From positions 1-50,006 of the forward strand of contig JBBAWJ010000003.1 of assembly GCA_040397255.1 (NCBI GenBank): a DNA stretch of 50,006 nucleotides. Reading direction: 5' to 3'. This DNA is from Candidatus Limnocylindrus sp. GTDB taxonomy: Bacteria > Chloroflexota > Limnocylindria > Limnocylindrales > Limnocylindraceae. The notes beneath the pieces were generated by a model that was not told the DNA's origin, searched no databases, and was given only the letters and a program-made list of their open reading frames with translations. Shown here one piece after another: positions 9,443 through 17,655 of the stretch. Each line of letters opens with the position of its first letter. Positions within the stretch are counted from its first letter, which is position 1. A program made the position numbers and the translations under genes.

Positions 9443-9459
9443 ACCGCTATCCTACCCCC
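9443..9459. promoter_or_regulatory. Bidirectional leaderless promoter for capA-like and mtnN
   Basis: TATCCT (+, 9448-9453) lies 6 nt before ATG 9460; TAGGAT (-, 9449-9454) lies 6 nt before GTG 9442; no SD on either side. Confidence 0.7.
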
Positions 9460-10215
9460 ATGCCGCAACACTTCCGCCCATCAGGCCGAACGCTCATCGC
9501 TGCCGCGCTCAGCGAGGAGCGCGCCGCCCTTGAGGCGCTCGCCACTGATCTGGTGCCGCACACACTGCCAGGACTTGTAGAGGGTGCACTACTCATCGGC
9601 CACATCGACACACACCCGGTCGCCCTGCTGCGCTGTGGCGTCGGCAAGGTCGCCTCGGTGGTTGCAGTCACCGCCGCCCTGGCAGTTGAGCCCCGCTGCG
9701 TGATCTCGGTCGGCTCCGCCGGCGCCCTGCATGCGGGATATCGCGTCGGCGACGTCCTACTCGCCGATGGCGTCTTGCAGCATGACTTTGCCGCAGCAGA
9801 GGCCGATGGCTTTCGACTCTTCGGCTACGGCGCGGATATTCCATCAAAGGGCGACCCACTTTTAGTTGCCGAGCCCGAACTCGTCACCGCGGCGTTCAAT
9901 GCCGCGGCACCGACGACAACGCGACTTGGGATCAGCCTCCGCCGCGGCCGCATCGCCACCGGCGACTGGTTTGTCGCCGACCAGAAGGTTCGCGATGCGA
10001 TTGCCGCCCGCAGCTCAGCCGACCTCGTTGAGATGGAGGGGGCGGCCATCGCCTATGCGGCACGCACGCACGGCATCCCCTGGCTGGTGATTCGGAGCGT
10101 AAGCGACTCTGGTGATGGCGGGGCCACGCTGAGCTTCTGGGAGTATCTCGCGCTCGCCTCAAAGAACGCCGCTGAGATTGTGCGCGCCATCCTGCCAGCG
10201 CTCGAGCGCCGCTAG
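9460..10215 (+). CDS. mtnN: 5'-methylthioadenosine/S-adenosylhomocysteine nucleosidase
   Basis: CGVGKV, GSAGAL, ATGDWF, VEMEGAAIA and IRSVSD motifs. Confidence 0.88.
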   Translation: MPQHFRPSGRTLIAAALSEERAALEALATDLVPHTLPGLVEGALLIGHIDTHPVALLRCGVGKVASVVAVTAALAVEPRCVISVGSAGALHAGYRVGDVLLADGVLQHDFAAAEADGFRLFGYGADIPSKGDPLLVAEPELVTAAFNAAAPTTTRLGISLRRGRIATGDWFVADQKVRDAIAARSSADLVEMEGAAIAYAARTHGIPWLVIRSVSDSGDGGATLSFWEYLALASKNAAEIVRAILPALERR

Positions 10216-11102
10216 CTGCGCTTCGCCCCCAGCGTCATCTGCTGCGCGCGCGGTGCAGTCTCGCCAAAGAGTCGGGTAGCAAGCGCATCAACCGCTGCAG
10301 GATCCCCTGTCGTGAAGATCTGATGCTCAGGGGCTATTGGTGCTGACGCTGGCGCGGAGTGTCCAAGGTGGCCGGGGTCGGCCGCCGTCCCGCGGCTCGA
10401 TCCTGGAGCCTCAAGCCCATTCACCGAGATGATCTCTTGAAGAAAGCTTGCCGTTGCTGCGGCGGAATCAACCACAGCAATTGGGGCACCGAGCGCCGCA
10501 TCAATTGCACCGCGAATCAGCGGGAAGTGGGTGCAACCAAGCAGCAGGGTGTCGATGCGTTCGCTCGGCTCGCCAGCCAGAAACGGGTCAATCGCCGCGT
10601 GGATGGCGTCGCTCATCTCTTTCGTGTTCGTGAGACCTGACTCAATGAGCGGAACAAGTTCAGAGGCGGCTCGCTCAGTCACCCGCGTGCCAGGATTCTC
10701 ATCTTTGATGGCGGCAAAGTAGGCACGCGACCGAACGGTTGCAATGGTAGCCAACACGCCGACCCGGCCGGTGCGTGTCGCCAGCGCCGCCGCCGCCGCT
10801 CCTGGTCGGACCACACCGATGATCGGCGTTGATGGGTGCCGCTCACGAAGATGCTCGAGCGCGACGGCGGTCGCGGTATTGCAGGCGATGATGATCGCCT
10901 TGACGCCGCGTGCCACCAGTTCGTCGCTGAGCTCTTCGGCAAAGGTGCGCACTTCAGCGTCACTCCGGGTGCCGTATGGATGACGGGCGCTATCGCCGAT
11001 GTAGATGGTGGATTCGGCTGGAAGGCGCGCCTGCACTTCGCGCAGAACGGTCAGACCGCCGATCCCTGAATCGAAGAGCCCGATTGGGCGTGGGTCACTC
11101 AT
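10212..11102 (-). CDS. murI: Glutamate racemase
   Basis: FDSGIGGLTV, PYG, IACNTAT and LGCTHFP (both catalytic Cys present). Confidence 0.95.
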   Translation of the reverse strand: MSDPRPIGLFDSGIGGLTVLREVQARLPAESTIYIGDSARHPYGTRSDAEVRTFAEELSDELVARGVKAIIIACNTATAVALEHLRERHPSTPIIGVVRPGAAAAALATRTGRVGVLATIATVRSRAYFAAIKDENPGTRVTERAASELVPLIESGLTNTKEMSDAIHAAIDPFLAGEPSERIDTLLLGCTHFPLIRGAIDAALGAPIAVVDSAAATASFLQEIISVNGLEAPGSSRGTAADPGHLGHSAPASAPIAPEHQIFTTGDPAAVDALATRLFGETAPRAQQMTLGAKRS

Positions 11103-11877
11103 GCGCTGACCGTAGCAGCCAGCGCAAACGATCGTCGGCGCCGACCCTCGTCACGCGTAGGTCGGCGGCGGCGGCGAGGGAACGCACCTCATCCGGCTGC
11201 CAGGCACGAATCGCGAATGGAGCTCGGTCGGGGTAGATCACCGTAAGGCGACCGTCTACCCCGACCGCCCGATGCCGAATCTCCAGTAGGACAGTGTTGC
11301 TGCGCGCCTGCGGGTCGGGCGCAATGCGGCTTTCACGTCGCACCGTGCCGTGGTCAACATCTGCTCGCTCCAGGTCGATTCCCCACTCACCCTCGAACTC
11401 CTCGGCGAACAGCTGCGGGTCCATCAGTGTGGCGTCAATTCCCACCTGTCCGCCAGGTGCGCAGTGCAGCGCCGCTGTTCGTAAGAGCGCTTCAAGGTCA
11501 GCGGGCGCGGTGATCAGCGAGAGCAGATCGCCGCCAAGAATCACGAGGCTGACCGCAGTCGCTTCGCGACGCCAGGTTCGTCCATCGGCAGCGATCCATT
11601 CGGCGGCAGCGGCGCGCTCCGCGGCCAGGGCGAGGGCGGCCAGATCGAGATCAATGCCGATCAGCTGCCGTTCGCTGGAGTCGAGAGCGGTCAAGACGCG
11701 ACCTGCCCCGCAGCCGATCTCCAGGATGGGACCAGTTGACTCCGCCGTTACCCTCCGCCAATACGCCAGATCACCGTCGGCGGCTGAGGTGAGGTCGCGT
11801 TCGTCGGCGAGCAGGCGGCTTCGTACCTCAGACGCAGTTTCGCTGGATGCGGTTTCGCTCAGCGGGAGGGTTCCCAA
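11095..11877 (-). CDS. Class I SAM-dependent methyltransferase
   Basis: ILEIGCGAGRV motif I and GIDLD; overlaps both neighbours; exact start uncertain. Confidence 0.8.
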   Translation of the reverse strand: MGTLPLSETASSETASEVRSRLLADERDLTSAADGDLAYWRRVTAESTGPILEIGCGAGRVLTALDSSERQLIGIDLDLAALALAAERAAAAEWIAADGRTWRREATAVSLVILGGDLLSLITAPADLEALLRTAALHCAPGGQVGIDATLMDPQLFAEEFEGEWGIDLERADVDHGTVRRESRIAPDPQARSNTVLLEIRHRAVGVDGRLTVIYPDRAPFAIRAWQPDEVRSLAAAADLRVTRVGADDRLRWLLRSAHE

Positions 11878-12929
11878 CGAATCGTCTCGCCGGACTCCTT
11901 ACGCTTCGCCAGCGCGCTAATCACCTCAAGGGCGGCTCGGTTGGCGATCATCGCCGTCGACTCAGCCCAGTCATACGGTGGTGAGACCTCAACGATGTCC
12001 ATTCCTGCGATCGGGACCTGTGCCGCAATCTGTCGGAGGCCACGGAGCAACTCGCGAGAGAGCATCCCGCCCGGCTCTGGTGTGCCCGTTCCTGGCGCGA
12101 GGCCCGGATCGACCACATCAATATCAAGGCTAATCCAGATCGCATCTGGGCCGTCGAGAGCTTCGGCGATGGCGGTTGCGATGACCGCCTCTGAGCCACG
12201 CTCCTCGATCTCGGTCATGAAGTGACTGCGCATGCCATGCTCGCGCATCCATCCGAGCGTCTCTTTATCAGGAAAGTAGCCGCGCAGGCCGACCTGCACA
12301 AAGTTCTTGCCGAGCACCGCGCCAGACTCGATCAGGCGCCGCATTGGCGAACCGTGGCTGTGCAGCGAGCCGTAGCCATCAATGGAGGCGTCGGCGTGTG
12401 CATCAAAGTGCAGGATGCCGATGCGCTGTGGCCAACGCATCTCGGCAATCGCCGTTGCATTGGGCCACGTGATGGAGTGATCGCCACCGAGCACAATGGG
12501 GATCGCACCAGTCTCGGCAACTTCGCGCACCTTGCGATAGATGGCGCCGTGTCCGTGCTCAAGACGCCCTGGGTAAACCAGGGCGTCACCGGCATCAACG
12601 GCGGTGAGTGCCGTAAACGGCTCCACGCCCACCTGCAGTGAGTGAAGGGTGCCAGTTTGGTATTGCGCCTCACGGATGGCGCGAGGGCCGAAGCGTGTGC
12701 CGGGACGATGTGTGACCGCATCATCAAACGGTGCGCCGATGATGGCGATGTCGGCCTTGCGACGACGGATCTCAGCCACATCCTCAACCCACGGGAGTTG
12801 AGCGAAGCTGACCGGCCCCGCATACGAGGGGCGATCGTGTGGGTCGCGCTGCTCTGGGGTGCCGCTCCAGCCGAGCGCGGCGAGGGAGGCGGCGAAGGGT
12901 GGGGTATTCGGGCTCATATTGGTCACCAT
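11859..12929 (-). CDS. speB: Agmatinase / ureohydrolase family
   Basis: GTRFGPRAIR, GGDHSIT, HFDAHAD, HGSP, SLDIDVVDP, GTGTPEPGG and EVSPPYD motifs; substrate inferred. Confidence 0.85.
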   Translation of the reverse strand: MVTNMSPNTPPFAASLAALGWSGTPEQRDPHDRPSYAGPVSFAQLPWVEDVAEIRRRKADIAIIGAPFDDAVTHRPGTRFGPRAIREAQYQTGTLHSLQVGVEPFTALTAVDAGDALVYPGRLEHGHGAIYRKVREVAETGAIPIVLGGDHSITWPNATAIAEMRWPQRIGILHFDAHADASIDGYGSLHSHGSPMRRLIESGAVLGKNFVQVGLRGYFPDKETLGWMREHGMRSHFMTEIEERGSEAVIATAIAEALDGPDAIWISLDIDVVDPGLAPGTGTPEPGGMLSRELLRGLRQIAAQVPIAGMDIVEVSPPYDWAESTAMIANRAALEVISALAKRKESGETIRWEPSR

Positions 12930-13013
12930 CTATCTCAGATGCGCCGCCGGTGCGAGCCAACGTCCAGCAGGGCGCGTGGCAATCCTACACCCCTCCGGGG
13001 GTAGTTTCGAGGC

Positions 13014-13526
13014 CTAGACCGAGTCGATCTCACTCCGTGAGATTGCCGCCTCGGCCACGACCACGAGAGCGACGCCGATCAGCAGCCCGGTCGGTCCGCC
13101 GAGGCCAATGATACGCAGGGCGAGGTAGCCACCGATCAGGGCCCCCGCGAACAACCCGCGCCGCACGCACCGCCGCCGTCGTACCCGCCAGACACCTGGA
13201 TGCCCCTGAAAGGAGCGCAGCAGAAGAAGCCCCGTGAGCCCGAGCGTCACGGTGAGAGCCAGCGCACCCGCAACGGCCAGGGCGCGCGTCGGTTCGTCAA
13301 CGGGATCAATCGTGAGCGCTCCGCCAATAGTGACCAGCGCCGCAATCAGCGCGCCTAGGCCGAGGAGGCGGATGAGCCGCTGATCTCTGGCGGGGATGCG
13401 TGGTGGTGTGGGAGCCGCGGCGGCGGTGCGCAACACCTTCCCCGCAAACGGCGTAGCCGGCTGTTGATCGAGCGGCAGCTCAAGCTGCTCTGCAGCGTTG
13501 CGCCGCTCTCCATCACGGAGCGTCAT
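13014..13526 (-). CDS. Hypothetical membrane protein (about 4 TM helices)
   Basis: Four hydrophobic segments and an Arg-rich loop; ATGA overlap with the helicase stop. Confidence 0.75.
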   Translation of the reverse strand: MTLRDGERRNAAEQLELPLDQQPATPFAGKVLRTAAAAPTPPRIPARDQRLIRLLGLGALIAALVTIGGALTIDPVDEPTRALAVAGALALTVTLGLTGLLLLRSFQGHPGVWRVRRRRCVRRGLFAGALIGGYLALRIIGLGGPTGLLIGVALVVVAEAAISRSEIDSV

Positions 13527-16500
13527 GCGGGCCGCCCCGCCGGAGCCTTCGATGCTGGGCAGAGCTCACGGTACGAGCAGTAGGTGCAGGTCATCAACTC
13601 TGGCTTTGGATCCATGACGCCAGCCAGGATCCCTTCCGCTGCAACCAGGATCAGTTCGCGCGCCTTCACGATGCGCTTCGGTTCTACCGGCACGGTGGCA
13701 ACACGGCCGGTGTCGAGGAAGCGCAGGCTCACCTCGTCGGGGAGGCGCCCCGTTACAGCGCGCCATGCCAGCGCGTAGAGCTGCAGCTGGAGTGACTCTT
13801 TCGCCCGCTTGCGGCTCGCGTCATCATCATCGCGTCCGCCGGTCTTGTAATCGCTGACCACCACCCACTCATCGTCACCGAGCGGCAGGGTTGGGCGCAG
13901 GACGTCACCTGGCACATCAATGGTCGGAATCGGCGCACTGCGACCCTCGGGTGGGAGCGCCTGCACATCGACGCGATCCCAACGGCCGCGAATCTTGTGC
14001 CCGCCAAGTTCGAACGAGAAGTCTTTCTCAACGTAGGCCGGCGCGTGGCCTGTTGCGATCTCCTCACTGCGGAATCGTGCGATCGCCTCCTGCGCCGCCG
14101 TATGGCGCGCCTCTTCGTGGCTGCGCGAAAGGAAGCCCGCACTCTGCCAACTGCGCTCAAGTGCGGCATAAAGCTCGTCGAGTTGTGGTGGTGAGCCCAG
14201 CATCTGCCCGCGATGGAACTCGGCAACGGCGGCGTGCATCGCAGCGCCGTACGTTGCAGAGTGATGCGGCGGCAGCGGAATGCGAAGGCGTTGCTGATAG
14301 TGGTAGCGCAGCGGGCAGGCAATGAAGGCTTCAATCGCCGTAAAGCTCAAGGTGAGTGGCGCACTCTCCCCCGCCCCAGGTTCACGAACGGGGAGTACTG
14401 GGAGTGGTGGGGCGACAATCGCGAGCCCATCAATCTTGGAGGCTGGCTCGCCTGTGAGCGGGAACTCTTCGAGTTGCTCTCGGCTGAGGTCGAGCGCCTC
14501 GGCAACAAATCGGCTGACCTTGCGCGGTCGGACGCCACCACTGCTCCGCTCTGCAGCGGTGAGGGCCAAGCGTTCGCACGCCCTGGTCAGTGCGACATAG
14601 GCGAGGCGTCGCTCCTCGCGCAGCGCCTCTTCGTCTGCCTCTGTTGGTTCGTCTGGGGCACGAGGGTCGCGCGGCACCACATCATCAGAGCCGCCAAGCT
14701 CTGCAGCGAGCGCGAGACGCGGCGGTCGACCCTTCGCCGGGAAGCGCCCCTCAACGAGGTTTGCAGCAAAGACGACGGGGAACTCCAGCCCCTTCGCCTG
14801 GTGAATCGTGAGGAGCGCGACCGCATCAAGGTCGGGATCAACATCGGCAGCCGACGGATCATCCCCCGCCTCACCGAGCTCCTCGAGGTAGCGCACCAGG
14901 AATGGGGCGCGATCGAGCTCCAGCAGTCGGCTGCGGGAGCGCACCACATCGAAGAGGCGTCCGATGTTGCGGATTCGCTCATCGGACTCTGGCGTTGCTT
15001 CGCGGGTGAGCTCGGCCAGCAGGCCTGATTCACGCAGCCAGCGGTAGAGCACCTCGCCACTCGTGCGCTCGACACTCTCTTGCACCACCCCAGCGAGGCG
15101 TTCCAAGAGTCGCTCGGTGGCCTCATGCCCCGCCCCAACCGTTGCGAGGCTCTCCCGCAGCGAGACATGATCGCGGCGCGACTGCCCGACCGCAGCGGCC
15201 AGGATCGTGGGTGGCACCTTGAAGCGCGACTCTGCGACGATCAGGAAGAGCGGCGCCGCGGCATCTGGGTCGGCCGCATGGCGTAGGCCCGCCAAGAGGA
15301 GGCGCACCTCGGGGCGATCGTAGAGTCCGGCAGCGCCGCTCGAACGCCACGGAATACCGAGCATGTTGAGGCTGCGCCCAACCTCCACACTGTCAACGTT
15401 CGCGCGCACGAGTACCGCGTGATCGCGGGCCCGTCGCCCACCCGCAATGGAGTCGCGGATCTCGGCGGCGATCCAATCCGCCTCGTTCGCCGTGGTCCGG
15501 AATCTACGGAACGTAACTGGGGGTGCATCGCCGGGCATCTCCTCTGGGGTGAGCTCCTTTGAGATGCCGAGACGAACTTCGAGCCGATGCGGATCATTGA
15601 AGCGAATGAGGCGTCGTGCGGCGGTGAGCACGGAGCCCGTGCTGCGGTAGTTCTTCGTCAAGACCACTTTGCTCGCATCGGGGTACCGCTCGGTAAAGTT
15701 GAGGATGTTGCTGATCGCCGCCCCACGGAAGCGATAGATTGACTGGTCGTCATCGCCGACGACGGTGAGATTGCGCCGCCCATCCGAGAGAAGATCAACC
15801 AGCGCCCCCTGCAGTCGATTCGTATCTTGGTACTCGTCAACCAAGATCCAACGGTGCTGTTCCCGTGCTCGTGCGGCAACTAGGGGGTCATCACGCAGCA
15901 GCTCATAGGCGCGCAACACCTGATCCCCAAAATCGAGCAGGCCGCGCTCATTCAGGATCGTGCGGTAGGTGCGCAGCGCGGCGCTCAGCTCCCCATGCTC
16001 GATGGCGAGCAGGTCTACCGCATCGGCATACGAGGCAAGCTTCCGCTGGAGTTCAAGGTCGGCGGTTGAGGTGGCGGTGCTTCGTGCTTCGCCAGCCCGC
16101 TCCTGAAGATCTGCAGCAAACGTCTGAATCTCATCGGGACCGAGAGCCTCATCTTTGGCACGCGAGAAGTAGCCGGCGATGTCGCTGAGGAATCGCGTCG
16201 GATCTCCGAGCGGCAAGAATCGCTTGAGGCCGAGTTCAAAGAGGTGCTCACGAAGCAGGAGCACCACCTCGGCGCGCCCAAGAACACGCAACTCTCCAGA
16301 GAGGCCGAGCCGATGTGCATTGGCGCGGAGTAGTTCATCGCCCCAGGCGTGGAAGGTTTTGATTGGGGTCGTGGCGTATCCGTAGGGAACGAGGCGGTCG
16401 ACGCGCCCCTGCATCTCCTCCGCCGCACGCTCCGTAAAGGTGAGCGCCAGAATCTCTTCCGGCTCGGCACGCTTCTCGGCGATGAGCCAGGCCACGCGAC

Positions 16501-16717
16501 GCGTGATGACCTGGGTCTTCCCTGTGCCCGCACCGGCGACAACGAGGAGCGGGCCCTCACCGTGCGTCACGGCGGCGTACTGCTCGTCGTTTAGATCATC
16601 AACGAGGTGGGCGATCGTTGGCGTTGGTGCCGTAGGGCGTTTCGGCGTAATCCCTGACCAGACTGGGAGTTGTGATCCCCCTTCGCGCTCGCCCGCACCC
16701 GAGGCGCGCGACGTCAC
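13523..16717 (-). CDS. UvrD/PcrA-type SF1 helicase fused to a C-terminal PD-(D/E)XK nuclease with a 4-Cys Fe-S motif (AdnB/AddA-like)
   Basis: AGAGTGKT, VDEYQD, GDDDQSIYRFRGA, NYRS, TIHQAKGLEF, EERRLAYVALTRA; CPLRY...GRWDRVD...DYKTG...QLQLYA...CTYCSYRELC. Confidence 0.93.
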   Translation of the reverse strand: MTSRASGAGEREGGSQLPVWSGITPKRPTAPTPTIAHLVDDLNDEQYAAVTHGEGPLLVVAGAGTGKTQVITRRVAWLIAEKRAEPEEILALTFTERAAEEMQGRVDRLVPYGYATTPIKTFHAWGDELLRANAHRLGLSGELRVLGRAEVVLLLREHLFELGLKRFLPLGDPTRFLSDIAGYFSRAKDEALGPDEIQTFAADLQERAGEARSTATSTADLELQRKLASYADAVDLLAIEHGELSAALRTYRTILNERGLLDFGDQVLRAYELLRDDPLVAARAREQHRWILVDEYQDTNRLQGALVDLLSDGRRNLTVVGDDDQSIYRFRGAAISNILNFTERYPDASKVVLTKNYRSTGSVLTAARRLIRFNDPHRLEVRLGISKELTPEEMPGDAPPVTFRRFRTTANEADWIAAEIRDSIAGGRRARDHAVLVRANVDSVEVGRSLNMLGIPWRSSGAAGLYDRPEVRLLLAGLRHAADPDAAAPLFLIVAESRFKVPPTILAAAVGQSRRDHVSLRESLATVGAGHEATERLLERLAGVVQESVERTSGEVLYRWLRESGLLAELTREATPESDERIRNIGRLFDVVRSRSRLLELDRAPFLVRYLEELGEAGDDPSAADVDPDLDAVALLTIHQAKGLEFPVVFAANLVEGRFPAKGRPPRLALAAELGGSDDVVPRDPRAPDEPTEADEEALREERRLAYVALTRACERLALTAAERSSGGVRPRKVSRFVAEALDLSREQLEEFPLTGEPASKIDGLAIVAPPLPVLPVREPGAGESAPLTLSFTAIEAFIACPLRYHYQQRLRIPLPPHHSATYGAAMHAAVAEFHRGQMLGSPPQLDELYAALERSWQSAGFLSRSHEEARHTAAQEAIARFRSEEIATGHAPAYVEKDFSFELGGHKIRGRWDRVDVQALPPEGRSAPIPTIDVPGDVLRPTLPLGDDEWVVVSDYKTGGRDDDDASRKRAKESLQLQLYALAWRAVTGRLPDEVSLRFLDTGRVATVPVEPKRIVKARELILVAAEGILAGVMDPKPELMTCTYCSYRELCPASKAPAGRPA

Positions 16718-17217
16718 CGTTGTGGAGCGCTGTAGGCGGGCTGTGCCAAGGCGGCAGCGATTGCCGCCGACTCCTCAGCGCCCAGGGTCCCCTCGCCCCG
16801 ACCCTCAATGACGCGCTTCACATAGATGCGTGTGCCGACTCGAGCATGCAGCGCGGTGATCACGACGCCACTCCCCACCGCATCAAGCAGCGCCAGCGCA
16901 GAGCTTTGGCCGCCGCCGACATCTTCGAAGGCCTGGAACTGGATGAGGCCCATACGACTCATTGCGCCAGGGGCGGCCGCCTCAAGGGCGGTGAGGCGCG
17001 TCCCCGCCACCTGCGACGAGACCCCCTGCTCGGCAACCCGCTCGAGCACCTGGGCGAATCGCTGCTCGGCGCTCAACACGTCACTCCCAGAGACCAGCGC
17101 CGCGTAGTCGGCGCGGAGACGGCGGAGGTTACGGATCGAGATCAGGGCGACGAGGAGCGCGAGCAGGGCAACGAGCACCCCGGCGACGCCGATTGCAAGG
17201 AGCACTTGGCTATCCAC
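16714..17217 (-). CDS. DUF4446-like membrane-anchored protein
   Basis: N-terminal TM helix; FQAFEDVGGGQSSALALLD..GSGVVITALHAR..RIYVK matches my recollection of DUF4446. Confidence 0.8.
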   Translation of the reverse strand: MDSQVLLAIGVAGVLVALLALLVALISIRNLRRLRADYAALVSGSDVLSAEQRFAQVLERVAEQGVSSQVAGTRLTALEAAAPGAMSRMGLIQFQAFEDVGGGQSSALALLDAVGSGVVITALHARVGTRIYVKRVIEGRGEGTLGAEESAAIAAALAQPAYSAPQR

Positions 17218-17229
17218 GGCTGCATCCTA
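17218..17229 (-). promoter_or_regulatory. Leaderless -10 element of the DUF4446-helicase operon
   Basis: TAGGAT (17224-17229) lies 6 nt before GTG 17217. Confidence 0.65.
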
Positions 17230-17295
17230 TCAGCCCTCGCCGCCCCCTCAACCTGGGTCAGGTATCCTCTGGCAACAGCCCTGTAAGGAGGAGTC

Positions 17296-17631
17296 ATGGC
17301 TAAACGAGAGAAGCGCTTCCGCCCCGACCAGCGCCCGAAGCTGAAGTCGCATGCCGACGCGCCCAAGCGTGGTCTCACCCCCGCCGAGGAGGCCGCTGCG
17401 GCCGCCTATGAGGCGACGCTCGTCGCCCCGAAGAGCACCATCATTACGGGCACCTCTGCACCAATTGGTAGCCGGGTCGCATCGACACAGCGACTCACCG
17501 CCGAGATCGCCGCAGAGATGCCCGTCGTGCAACGAGACCTTCGCCGCATCTTGCTGACGTACGGCGCGATGCTCGTACTGCTTGCCGCAATCTGGTTCGT
17601 CGCGACCACAACCGGCTTCGTCGCCGCCTAG
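17296..17631 (+). CDS. Small hypothetical protein with a basic N-terminus and C-terminal TM helix
   Basis: Strong SD AAGGAGGAG; TATCCT -10 at 17263-17268. Confidence 0.8.
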   Translation: MAKREKRFRPDQRPKLKSHADAPKRGLTPAEEAAAAAYEATLVAPKSTIITGTSAPIGSRVASTQRLTAEIAAEMPVVQRDLRRILLTYGAMLVLLAAIWFVATTTGFVAA

Positions 17632-17655
17632 TTCGGAGCCGCAACCCTCCGCCGC

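Noticed and set aside
11859-12929. Guanidine hydrolase (GdmH) assignment
   Set aside because: The metal-binding motif is the canonical agmatinase-type DAHAD, and no Ni-chaperone genes are adjacent
13523-16717. Cas4/CRISPR or anti-phage defence interpretation of the Fe-S nuclease
   Set aside because: No repeats or cas genes; the domain is fused to a UvrD motor in a housekeeping context near recO
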